Assembly: GCA_020343875.1 (NCBI GenBank)
Contig: CP070811.1
Coordinates: 4,176,018-4,240,017 of the forward strand
DNA from: Anaerolineales bacterium
GTDB taxonomy: Bacteria; Chloroflexota; Anaerolineae; 4572-78; NAK82
DNA length: 64,000 nt
Direction of reading: 5' to 3'
Below, piece after piece: positions 1 through 7,753 of this stretch (position 1 is the stretch's first letter; every line of letters begins with the position of its first letter). A program made the position numbers and the translations under genes. The notes under the pieces are model-generated. The model worked only from the letters and a program-made list of their open reading frames with translations, did not search any database and was not told where the DNA came from.

Positions 1-1
1 G

Positions 2-235
2 GTGGGCGATGTGTTGGACATCGCTGTAGAGATGGAAATTGTGGAGAAACGGGGTTCGTTCTACTCGTATGGAGAGACCCGCCTGGGGCAAGGACGTGAG
101 AACGCCAAGGATTTCATGCGCGACAACCCCGACCTGTCTTTGGAAATCGAGAATAGGGTCCGTGAGGCAAAGGGCTTGCCGATACTGGAAGTTACACTGG
201 AAGACGGACAACCTACGCAAGAAACAGAAGTATAG
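2..235 (+). CDS. recA: RecA recombinase, C-terminal fragment (gene begins upstream of the window)
   Basis: The frame is open from the window edge. ...EKRGSFYSYGETRLGQGRENAKDFMRDNPDLSLEIENRVRE matches the conserved RecA C-terminal segment (xGAWYSY..x.GQG..N...L..NP....EIE..vR). recX lies downstream, as in many bacteria. Stop TAG 233-235. Confidence 0.85.
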   Translation: MGDVLDIAVEMEIVEKRGSFYSYGETRLGQGRENAKDFMRDNPDLSLEIENRVREAKGLPILEVTLEDGQPTQETEV

Positions 236-720
236 CGGCTGGCGACGCGCCTGCTTGCAGGCATTTGTCATAAGCAATGATCGTTCGCCGGCCCCGTGCC
301 ACAGCTAGTGAATGGTATGAGCTTGAACCGTATGTCCTAGATTTGACTGAGGGGGCTTTGTGTAGTATTCCCAGGCCAAGCATCAAGGAAATATGTACAA
401 GGCCAAATCCCAGCGGTTCGTCGATGATGCCTTCATCATCAGTTTGGGCAAAGTATCTACATAGTCCGGTCATCTACCTGCCCCACCCCACTCTGTGAGG
501 GGGAGATCGGCAGTTGAGCGGGTGACGCGGTCAATGATGCCGATTGAGCCAGATATGGACTGGTTTAGAGCCAGATATTATTGATAATTCTGTGGTTGAG
601 CGTCTAATCTGGTTTAGCCACTGTTTGGGCCAAAACTCGGACTCGGAGACCTTTCGAGACAAAAGTAAATACTTTCATACGAAATCGACGAACAAGCTCT
701 TCCTGTTGTTTGATTATTCG

Positions 721-760
721 GACAAGCTGTGGCAGGCTGCGCCACAGCTTGTCTTTTGTT
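721..760 (+). terminator. Rho-independent terminator-like hairpin in the recA-recX spacer
   Basis: GACAAGCTGTGGC (721-733) pairs perfectly with GCCACAGCTTGTC (741-753): 13-bp stem, 7-nt loop, followed by TCTTTTGTT. Confidence 0.6.
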
Positions 761-828
761 CGCAGTGGCGAGAAGGCTTCGTTTGGCTGGGGGCAGCCAT
801 CCTGAAAACTGGGCCAGAGCAGAGAAAA

Positions 829-1458
829 ATGGCTGGCACTATCACGGCCTTGAAGTTTCAGAAGCGCAACAAAGATCGGGCCAACGTCTACTTGGACGGA
901 GAGTATGCCTTTGGGCTGGACGCCATCGAAGCGGCTCAGTTGCGAAAGGGTCAGATACTATCCGACGCAGAGATTGGCGCGCTAAAAGCGCGGGATGAGC
1001 GGAATCGGATCTTTAACCGGGCCATTCACTTCTTGAGCTACCGGCCACGCAGCCGGGCGGAGCTGCAGCGCTTTTTGCGGGGCAAGGCGATTGCCGAGGA
1101 AGTGATAGCCGACGTGGTTGTGCGTCTGGAGCAGGCCAGATATCTGGATGATGAAGCCTTTGCCCGTTTTTGGGTGGAGAATCGTGAGCAGTTCAGGCCT
1201 CGAAGTCAACGCGCTCTGCGTTACGAACTCCGCCAGAAGGGTGTCAGCGATGAGGTCATCAACCGGGTATTGGGTGGGCTTGACGAACAGGCCGCCGCTT
1301 GGCGTGCTATTGAAGGTCGCCTGGACCGATGGGCTGAATTGCCTGGCGCCGAATTCCGCCAGAAAGTCATGGGCTATCTAAGTCGTCGTGGATTTGATTA
1401 CAGCACGATATCTGTGGCCCTTGCAAAAGCTTACCAGATATTGAAGATGGAAGATTGA
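829..1458 (+). CDS. recX: RecA regulator RecX
   Basis: From ATG 829 (MAGTITALKFQKRNKDRANVYLDGEYAFGL...) the protein reads as RecX: repeated three-helix modules such as RSRAELQRFLRGKAIAEEVIADVVVRLEQARYLDDEAFARFWVENR and RALRYELRQKGVSDEVINRVL. It sits downstream of recA. The track ORF opens at TTG 544, but that extension is AT-rich and contains the terminator hairpin. Confidence 0.85.
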   Translation: MAGTITALKFQKRNKDRANVYLDGEYAFGLDAIEAAQLRKGQILSDAEIGALKARDERNRIFNRAIHFLSYRPRSRAELQRFLRGKAIAEEVIADVVVRLEQARYLDDEAFARFWVENREQFRPRSQRALRYELRQKGVSDEVINRVLGGLDEQAAAWRAIEGRLDRWAELPGAEFRQKVMGYLSRRGFDYSTISVALAKAYQILKMED

Positions 1459-1671
1459 GTTTACGCGGCGCTATGTCCAATTAACCATATTTGCCAAAAA
1501 ACTGTGCCTTGGGGATAGGTCTAGCTTTGCAGAGCATTTCTTTGGCTGTTCAAAATCGGCCTACTCTGGGAAACACAGTTGAGGCACCCCGATGCCGTAA
1601 CGCTGCTCGCAAGGCGAGATGGTGCGTTCTGCATCAGGAGCTAGATCAGACGAGAATAAGAGGAAAGAAGA

Positions 1672-3210
1672 ATGGGGAACCCTTTGATGATTTTGGTGAT
1701 CAGCTTTGTGGTTGGGTTGATAGCCTTTGCGCTTGGCTATTTTCTCAGACAGTACCTTGGAGCGGTCAAACTGAAGTCTGCCGAGGCTGAAGCGCAACGC
1801 ACCTTGAGCGAAGCCGAAGCGCAGAAGAAGGATTTGCTCCTCCAGGCCAAGGAGGAAGCCATTCGACTCCGCGACATTGCCGAGTTAGAAATGCAGCAAA
1901 AGGGCGCTGAGTTACGCCGGCAAGAGGAGCGTCTGCAAAAGCGCCAAGAGGTGATTGACCGCCGCTTCGAGAGCGTGGACACCCGAGAACGTGCGTTGAA
2001 TAAGCGCCAAAGCGCCCTGGACCGACGTGCCAACGAAGTGAACAAACTCTACGAAGATCAGATGGCCGAACTCCAACGTATCTCAGGTCTGTCGCAAGAA
2101 GAGGCCAAGGAGATATGGTTGCAGATGGTAGAGAAGGATGCCCGACAGGATATGGCCCGCATCGTGCGCGAGATCGAAGCAGAAGCTAAAGCTGAGGGTG
2201 AACGCCGGGCGCGCAAGATCGTTACTCTTGCGGTCCAGCGCATTGCCTCAGACCAGGTTTCCGAAATTGTCGTGTCGGCGGTGCCCTTGCCTGGCGAGGA
2301 TATGAAGGGGCGTATTATCGGGCGACAGGGCCGCAACATACGCGCCTTTGAAAACGCGACAGGGATTGATGTCATTGTGGATGATACCCCGGAAGCGATC
2401 ATTCTGTCGGGCTTTGACCCGGTGCGGCGTGAAATCGCACGCGTCGCCATGTCAAAACTCATCACCGACGGCCGCATTCACCCTGCCCGCATTGAAAAGA
2501 CGGTAGAAAAAGCCCGCCAGGAAGTCGAGCAGACTATCATTGAGGAAGGAGAGCGGGCTGTTCTGGATGCTGGCGTCCATGGCCTGCACCCCGATATCAT
2601 CAAATTGTTGGGGCGACTCAAGTACCGGACTAGCTACGGGCAAAATCAGAATCAGCACGCCGTCGAGTGTGCTCACATTGCGGGTATCCTGGCCGCCGAA
2701 TTGGGGGCCAACGTGCGCATTGCCAAAGAGGGGGCTCTGCTGCACGACATCGGCAAGGCAGTGGACCACGAGGTAGAAGGTCCGCATGCTTTGATTGGGG
2801 CCGACATCGCCAAGCGATGTGGTGTCCATTCCAAAGTGGTGAACATCATTGCTTCCCATCACCACGAGGCTGAGCAAGACCCAGACACGCTGGAGGCCAT
2901 CATTGTGGAGGCGGCCGACGCCATATCTGGCGCGCGGCCGGGCGCCAGACGTGAAAGCCTGGAAACCTATGTAAAGCGCATTAAGGCGTTGGAGGAAGTA
3001 GCCAATTCCTTTGAGGGGGTGAGCGAGAGCTACGCTATCCAAGCCGGGCGAGAGATCCGGATCATTGTCAAGCCCGAGGAGGTTGACGACTACGCTGCCA
3101 GCACTCTCTCGAAAGACATCGCCCGTAAGGTGGAAGAGAGTCTGGAGTATCCAGGCCAGATTAAAGTGACCGTCATCCGTGAGATGCGCGCGGTGGACTA
3201 CGCTAAATAG
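1672..3210 (+). CDS. rny: Ribonuclease Y (membrane anchor, coiled coil, KH domain, HD domain)
   Basis: N-terminal TM helix (LMILVISFVVGLIAFALGYFL). Long charged coiled coil. KH motif GRIIGRQGRNIRAFENATGIDVIVDD. HD domain (HAVECAHIAGILA...LLHDIGKA...ASHH). GAGGAAAG lies upstream of the ATG. Confidence 0.95.
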   Translation: MGNPLMILVISFVVGLIAFALGYFLRQYLGAVKLKSAEAEAQRTLSEAEAQKKDLLLQAKEEAIRLRDIAELEMQQKGAELRRQEERLQKRQEVIDRRFESVDTRERALNKRQSALDRRANEVNKLYEDQMAELQRISGLSQEEAKEIWLQMVEKDARQDMARIVREIEAEAKAEGERRARKIVTLAVQRIASDQVSEIVVSAVPLPGEDMKGRIIGRQGRNIRAFENATGIDVIVDDTPEAIILSGFDPVRREIARVAMSKLITDGRIHPARIEKTVEKARQEVEQTIIEEGERAVLDAGVHGLHPDIIKLLGRLKYRTSYGQNQNQHAVECAHIAGILAAELGANVRIAKEGALLHDIGKAVDHEVEGPHALIGADIAKRCGVHSKVVNIIASHHHEAEQDPDTLEAIIVEAADAISGARPGARRESLETYVKRIKALEEVANSFEGVSESYAIQAGREIRIIVKPEEVDDYAASTLSKDIARKVEESLEYPGQIKVTVIREMRAVDYAK

Positions 3211-3281
3211 GAAAGCTGAGCGGTTTCCCGTGAAGAACTCCCCCACACCTGGGTGATGTGCACCCCGCCCTCGGGTAACAG

Positions 3282-3319
3282 GAGAGAGCCATGCTTCGTA
3301 ACGGCTCTCTCTTTTTTCT
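3282..3319 (+). terminator. Rho-independent terminator of rny
   Basis: GAGAGAGCC (3282-3290) pairs with GGCTCTCTC (3303-3311), 12-nt loop, followed by TTTTTTCTT. Confidence 0.7.
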
Positions 3320-3334
3320 TACCTGGCCATCGGG

Positions 3335-4612
3335 CTACTTATGAATAACGACCAAAGTGCCAGGATTAGAATCGGTGGATTGCACTTGGTTGGCGCCAGG
3401 CGGCAGTGGTGGGTCAGCCCAGTTAAAGAGCCATTCCGCATCTTCGGTGCGCAGATTCACGCAGCCGTGACTCATTGGCTGGCCGAAATTGCTGTGCCAG
3501 TAAGTACCGTGCAAGGAATAACCCCGATAAAAGTACATAGTATAAGGTACATCAGGTAGATAGTAACCCGGTCCCACCATCAGGGTAGCCGATAGCTTCC
3601 AGTAAATACGAAACTGGCCTATGACAGTGGGAGTATTGGGCAACCCGGTGGAAACGGTGGCTTGATAAACAGGCGTGCTCCCCTCATAGGCCGTTACCTG
3701 CTGATGAGTCAAATCCACATCAATCCACTTCTCGTCGCCAGCCACAGGAGGTGAGACGGGTGAGGGGATTGGTGTGGCAGTTGCAGGCAGTAGAGTGGGG
3801 GTCAGGATCGGGCTGGCTGCGATGGTTGGGACGGGAGTGTGCGTGGCGGTAGCCGTTGGGATTGGGGTCGGCGTGGGGGCCAACGTGGCGGTGGCTGTGG
3901 GGGGCAGTAGGGTCGACGTGGGTGTCGGTGTTGCGGTGGGGGTAGGTAGCACCCACGCCAACACTGCGGCTGGTGAGTACTGAGCTATCAGAACGAGTCC
4001 AATCCCCAGCAAGCAAACGCCGATTGCCAATAGCAGCCCTAATCGTACTATGAGCCGCTGCTTGCGGCGTGCGGCAGCTCCATCGCGAGCGCTCTTGCGG
4101 GCTTTGGGCAAAGGTGAAGTGTCGTGCAGCGGCTCAGAGCCTGTGGTTGGAGGGGGTGTGACCGCGGGTATAGACGGCGCCTCTCCCGAGAGCCAATCGG
4201 CTTCAAATACATCCTCGCTAGTCGATGGGGCGACCGGCACATGCTCTGCCAGGTTAGGCTGGTTGGTCGATAGGTGGCGTCGCGCCCAGCGGACACCGGC
4301 CCGGGCGCGTTCGTTCTCCGGGTCTAGCTCCAGCACACGTGTAAGCAACACCAGGCTCTCTTGCCGATTGGGCGCCAGCCAGGCCAACCAGAGCAAGGCG
4401 GTTATGTTGTCCGGGTCGGTATCTAAGACAGCCCAAAACCAGTGGCGTGCCTCGGCTTGATCGCCAGCACGCTCCGCCAGCAAGCCGCGTCTCAGCAACG
4501 ACTGGACCTCGGCAGTGGATCGTTTGGCTTCTGCACTGACTGCCGCACGGGTACGGGTGGCCAGCAACCTGGCTCTCGCTGCCTGGCTTGGGGTGCGCGG
4601 GTTAGGCTGCAT
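3335..4612 (-). CDS. L,D-transpeptidase (YkuD domain) with TPR-like N-terminus, TM helix and Pro/Thr-rich linker
   Basis: The C-terminus carries the YkuD catalytic signature ...YSLHGTYWHSNFGQPMSHGCVNLRTEDAEWLFNWA. TM helix LLLAIGVCLLGIGLVLIA. PTPTATPTPTST linker. TPR-like region (AEARHWFWAVLDTDPDNITALLWLAW). Stop TAG 3335-3337. The start is uncertain: I chose ATG 4612, but the ORF stays open to GTG 4780. Confidence 0.8.
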   Translation of the reverse strand: MQPNPRTPSQAARARLLATRTRAAVSAEAKRSTAEVQSLLRRGLLAERAGDQAEARHWFWAVLDTDPDNITALLWLAWLAPNRQESLVLLTRVLELDPENERARAGVRWARRHLSTNQPNLAEHVPVAPSTSEDVFEADWLSGEAPSIPAVTPPPTTGSEPLHDTSPLPKARKSARDGAAARRKQRLIVRLGLLLAIGVCLLGIGLVLIAQYSPAAVLAWVLPTPTATPTPTSTLLPPTATATLAPTPTPIPTATATHTPVPTIAASPILTPTLLPATATPIPSPVSPPVAGDEKWIDVDLTHQQVTAYEGSTPVYQATVSTGLPNTPTVIGQFRIYWKLSATLMVGPGYYLPDVPYTMYFYRGYSLHGTYWHSNFGQPMSHGCVNLRTEDAEWLFNWADPPLPPGANQVQSTDSNPGTLVVIHK

Positions 4613-4928
4613 CGGTTGATCGGGTATTTTTGACTTGGTCACCACATCTCCTCGGTAATTGTAAAGAAATAAGCTGTGATGTTCCAGACTGGGTCCAAAC
4701 TGAAAACGCAATGGCTGTCCTGGCAATGCCTCAGGAGCTGAAAGAGCGTTACCTTCTGATCGGCTGTCAAGCCAGGCCACCTGTAAAGTGCCAGCCGGAT
4801 CTGCGGCCAGGCGGCCCGCCGTGGCTATGGGATCGGACGGCGTTTCGAATAATGGTAACGCTGGCTTGTTTCGAAATCGGGAAGTTGTTTCTTAATGAGC
4901 CCTTGCCATCGGGGGATGATGGAACCTA

Positions 4929-4958
4929 ATTTTACCACAAGTTGCCGTTAGAATGCAA
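4929..4958 (-). promoter_or_regulatory. Sigma70-like promoter for the L,D-transpeptidase gene (diverged relative of the 35-nt motif)
   Basis: Minus strand reads TTGCAT-18 nt-TAAAAT with CAACTTGTGG immediately 5' of the -10. Compare CAAGTTTGTGGG-TAAAAT in the three motif copies. Confidence 0.4.
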
Positions 4959-5019
4959 ATAGGATTGCTTAGATTCAGACTGCAATATGATAAGAGTGTG
5001 CTGTATCTCCTGCGGGCCT

Positions 5020-5097
5020 AGGCGAAATGTCGCATTACGCATCCGACATTTCGCCTGGCGAATTTTGCTCAGGGGTGGCGTTTCAGCCAGGCGAAAT
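5020..5097 (+). other. Mutually exclusive hairpins built from GGCGAAAT repeats upstream of the AI-2E transporter gene
   Basis: Segment 1 AGGCGAAATGTCG (5020-5032). Segment 2 CGACATTTCGCCTG (5044-5057). Segment 3 CAGGCGAAAT (5088-5097). Pairing 1:2 is 13 bp and 2:3 is 10 bp, and they cannot coexist. Confidence 0.35.
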
Positions 5098-5249
5098 CTG
5101 CCTGCCTGCCGATGTAAACCAGGCCGGCCCGTGATATACTGATGCGTGTCACAACCGCTTGATTGAAAGCATTAACTCCTTCGGCCAACGCTCTCTTCAC
5201 GCCATCAAAGGCACAGCTATCTATCAAGCCAATTCTGAGGTTAATCTCT

Positions 5250-6410
5250 ATGACCAGCAAACCCTGGAGCACTTCAACCAAACGCCTCGTTGTGGTCGGT
5301 ATCGTCTCGCTGCTAGTGCTGGCCATCGTCCGTTTTGGGCGGGCCTTGGCGCCGCTGACGGTGGCGGTGATCATGGCGTACCTGCTCAATCGGCCTGTCA
5401 ACTGGATCGCGCGCCGCGCCCGCATACCGCGCAAATTGACTGCCGTCGTCACCTACGTCGCCTTGTGGGGCGTGCTGGTCCTGATCCCCGTCTTGCTAAC
5501 CCCTGTTCTCGTCCGCGAGGCGGGCCGGGTCGTGCTGGATCTGTGGCGGATCAACGAGCAGGTTCGCCCGCTTTTCCAGACCCTGGCCGTGTATAACCTT
5601 TCGCCGGACCTGAATAACCTCACGCTGCAGGCGACCCAGTCGCTGGTCAAGACACTGCCCTCCCTGGCCAACGGCGCCATCCACGTCTTGTTCGGAATCG
5701 CCGAAGGGATGGTCTGGGGCATCTTTATCTTCGTGGTTGGGCTCTATCTGCTGTGGGATGCTGAAAGATTAGGCGGTTGGTTCGACAATCTGGCACCGCC
5801 CGACTACCGCCAAGAGGTGACACTGCTTCGTCGAGAGATCGGTGCCATCTGGAGCGCCTTCCTGGTGGGCCAGCTGATCCTATGTGTGGTGATGGGGCTG
5901 GGTGTAGGCGGCGCTATGGCCTTGCTGGGCATTCGCAGTGCGCTCATCTTGGGACTGGTAGCGGCCCTGGCCGAGTTGGCGCCCAACATCGGGCACCACA
6001 TATCGGCCCTGGTGGGTGTCACACTTGCCTTAGTCGAGTGGAGTTCCTGGCTTCCGGTCAGTAATTTGGGATTGGCCGTGATTGTGATCCTGGTCTATGT
6101 CGCTGTCGCCCAGCTGGATATCAACCTCCTAATCCCCCGCATTATCGGGCGACGTATGCACCTGCCGCCGGCTGTGATCCTCGCTGGACTGATCGCCGGC
6201 GCCAGCATCGGCGGGGTGCTGGGCTTGATCCTGGCCGCGCCTACCCTGGCCAGCCTGCGCGTGCTGGGGAGTTACGTCTACCGGCGGCTCTTGGATATGG
6301 AACCTTACGTGCTTGTCAACGGGGCGCGATCGCTGCGGGTGGTGGTGGAGGCAAAGCCAAGAGGCATAGACTCCATCTTACCAGATGCTGTTTCGCACGA
6401 GAGTGCATGA
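5250..6410 (+). CDS. AI-2E family transporter (UPF0118/PerM-like permease)
   Basis: Multi-TM protein with the family-typical C-terminal region ...NLLIPRIIGRRMHLPPAVILAGLIAGASIGGVLGLILAAPTLA. ATG 5250 is preceded by TGAGG at 9 nt spacing. The track ORF opens earlier, at 5163. Confidence 0.85.
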   Translation: MTSKPWSTSTKRLVVVGIVSLLVLAIVRFGRALAPLTVAVIMAYLLNRPVNWIARRARIPRKLTAVVTYVALWGVLVLIPVLLTPVLVREAGRVVLDLWRINEQVRPLFQTLAVYNLSPDLNNLTLQATQSLVKTLPSLANGAIHVLFGIAEGMVWGIFIFVVGLYLLWDAERLGGWFDNLAPPDYRQEVTLLRREIGAIWSAFLVGQLILCVVMGLGVGGAMALLGIRSALILGLVAALAELAPNIGHHISALVGVTLALVEWSSWLPVSNLGLAVIVILVYVAVAQLDINLLIPRIIGRRMHLPPAVILAGLIAGASIGGVLGLILAAPTLASLRVLGSYVYRRLLDMEPYVLVNGARSLRVVVEAKPRGIDSILPDAVSHESA

Positions 6411-6454
6411 ATGACGTTCGGCTCTGAGCCAGGCGTAGGAAGAGGTATGTGAAA

Positions 6455-6718
6455 ATGGAATCGGAAGCGGAGAAAAACGCGGCGCCCTGCCCGAACTGCG
6501 GGCGAACGGTTAGCCTGGGAGCTCAGGTGGAAGAGGGCTAGCGAGGCACCTGCCTCCAGTGTGGGGCCTACCTGGAGATTGTCGGTTTGGAACCGGCGGA
6601 GATCGATTGGGCTGCCGGTGAGTTCGAGGACGACGGAGCTTTCTCAATTTGTGTGTGGAACAGGCCGCTGGGGCGAAAGGCCTCGGGTCAACACTGGCGA
6701 TGGGCCGCTTCGACCTGA
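6455..6718 (+). pseudogene. LysW/ArgW-like zinc-ribbon carrier protein ORF with an in-frame TAG at 6539-6541
   Basis: AGAGG sits 9 nt before ATG 6455. Translation is MESEAEKNAAPCPNCGRTVSLGAQVEEG*RGTCLQCGAYLEIVGLEPAEIDWAAGEFEDDG... This resembles my recollection of Thermus LysW (CPECGAEL...C.DCGAELEVVGLDP......EEAEDWGE). There is no normal stop after the acidic tail, and no lysX/Y/Z genes are nearby. Confidence 0.4.
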
Positions 6719-6887
6719 TACCCTGTTGAGTGAGGTGGAATTGGACGCAGAGCGTGAGTATCGCTTTCGCTACCTGTTCGATGGCGAGCACTGGCGATAC
6801 GACTGGCATGCGGACAAATCTCTGCCTAGCCCTTACGGAGCCTATGACTCGGTCGTGATGGCTAGCCTGCCATTGGCAAGCTGTTAG
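6618..6887 (+). CDS. Small CBM48/E-set (isoamylase N-terminal / AMPK-beta glycogen-binding)-like domain ORF, possibly a remnant
   Basis: The C-terminal part ...VELDAEREYRFRYLFDGEHWRYDWHADKSLPSPYGAYDSVV fits the family pattern (G..Y.FRYL.DGE.W.ND..AD.....p.G..nSVV). The N-terminal half is weak. The GTG 6618 start is a guess and overlaps the LysW-like ORF. Confidence 0.3.
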   Translation: MSSRTTELSQFVCGTGRWGERPRVNTGDGPLRPDTLLSEVELDAEREYRFRYLFDGEHWRYDWHADKSLPSPYGAYDSVVMASLPLASC

Positions 6888-7125
6888 GCCATCCTAACTG
6901 ATGCCCTCTCTCCAAGTCTATCGATGGCTGCCTTAAGGAGCACTCTACTATGCCCCAAGTCAGGGGTAGCCATAGAACTACTGGACGATTCGCCCATCGG
7001 AGTGTATACTTGGATTCCAATATCGCTTGCAGCGGGTGTGCTGAGCGAAGGATTCTTACCGGCTGTGCGGCCCGCTCCCGGTGGCCGTTGAACTGCGTGC
7101 CGCTCGGCATAAGAGAAAAGAATAG

Positions 7126-7746
7126 ATGAAGCAGCACAAGAAGCTGGCAACAAGCATCGTTGGCGTTGTGCTGGCAACATTGGTTGGGTTGCTAGATCAC
7201 ATCACCGGATACGAGTTGGGCTTCTTCGTCTTTTATTTCATTCCAATCGGCTACGTGGCGTGGATTTCTGGAGGTTTTTCTGGCGCCATCGTTTCTGTCG
7301 CCTGCGCGATAATTTGGTTCTTTGTGGATGCGACATCGGGCCACTCTTATTCGTCTTCGTGGTATGGCATATGGAACGCCGGCATTCGTCTCATTTCGTT
7401 CCTCGCTGTCACGCTGGCGGCATCAAGAGTCAGGGAGCTGTTGGACAGCGAGAGAGCACTGACTGCCCGGTTGCAGGAAGCCCTGAACCAGGCCAAGGAG
7501 CTACGTGGCTTGTTACCGATCTGCGCGTCGTGCAAGAAGATCAGGAATGATACGGGATATTGGGAACAGATCGAGGAATACGTGAGCAGGCATTCAAGAG
7601 CGGAGTTCACTCACGGCATTTGCCCCGAGTGTACCCAAAGGCTTTATCCACGCCTCTTCGACGGGAAGGAGACTCCCATCCCGCCGCACCCAGCCGGCAC
7701 CGATACCACCGGATACGTCAAGAAAGGGGCATTAGCTGAGGAGTAA
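7126..7746 (+). CDS. Membrane sensor-like protein (four TM helices, DUF4118-like) with coiled coil and C-terminal CxxC-x27-CxxC module
   Basis: TM helices in residues 8-100. Coiled coil RVRELLDSERALTARLQEALNQAKELRG. Then LPICASCKKIRNDTGYWEQIEEYVSRHSRAEFTHGICPECTQRLYP (nt 7510-7650). Stop TAA lies 7 nt before the kinase ATG, so likely the same operon. Confidence 0.8.
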   Translation: MKQHKKLATSIVGVVLATLVGLLDHITGYELGFFVFYFIPIGYVAWISGGFSGAIVSVACAIIWFFVDATSGHSYSSSWYGIWNAGIRLISFLAVTLAASRVRELLDSERALTARLQEALNQAKELRGLLPICASCKKIRNDTGYWEQIEEYVSRHSRAEFTHGICPECTQRLYPRLFDGKETPIPPHPAGTDTTGYVKKGALAEE

Positions 7747-7753
7747 CAAGCTT

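Noticed and set aside
544-828. N-terminal 95-codon extension of the recX ORF as listed in the ORF track (TTG 544).
   Set aside because: RecX similarity starts at Met 829. The extension is AT-rich, starts with TTG without a Shine-Dalgarno sequence, and contains a 13-bp terminator hairpin plus T-run (721-760). I kept it as a possibility in the spacer finding.
3720-4016. Repetitive GC-rich DNA that might be taken for a repeat array.
   Set aside because: It is the in-frame Pro/Thr-rich linker (PTPTATPTPTSTLLPPTATATLAPTPTPIPTATATHTP) of the L,D-transpeptidase. There is no spacer/repeat periodicity, so it is not CRISPR-like.
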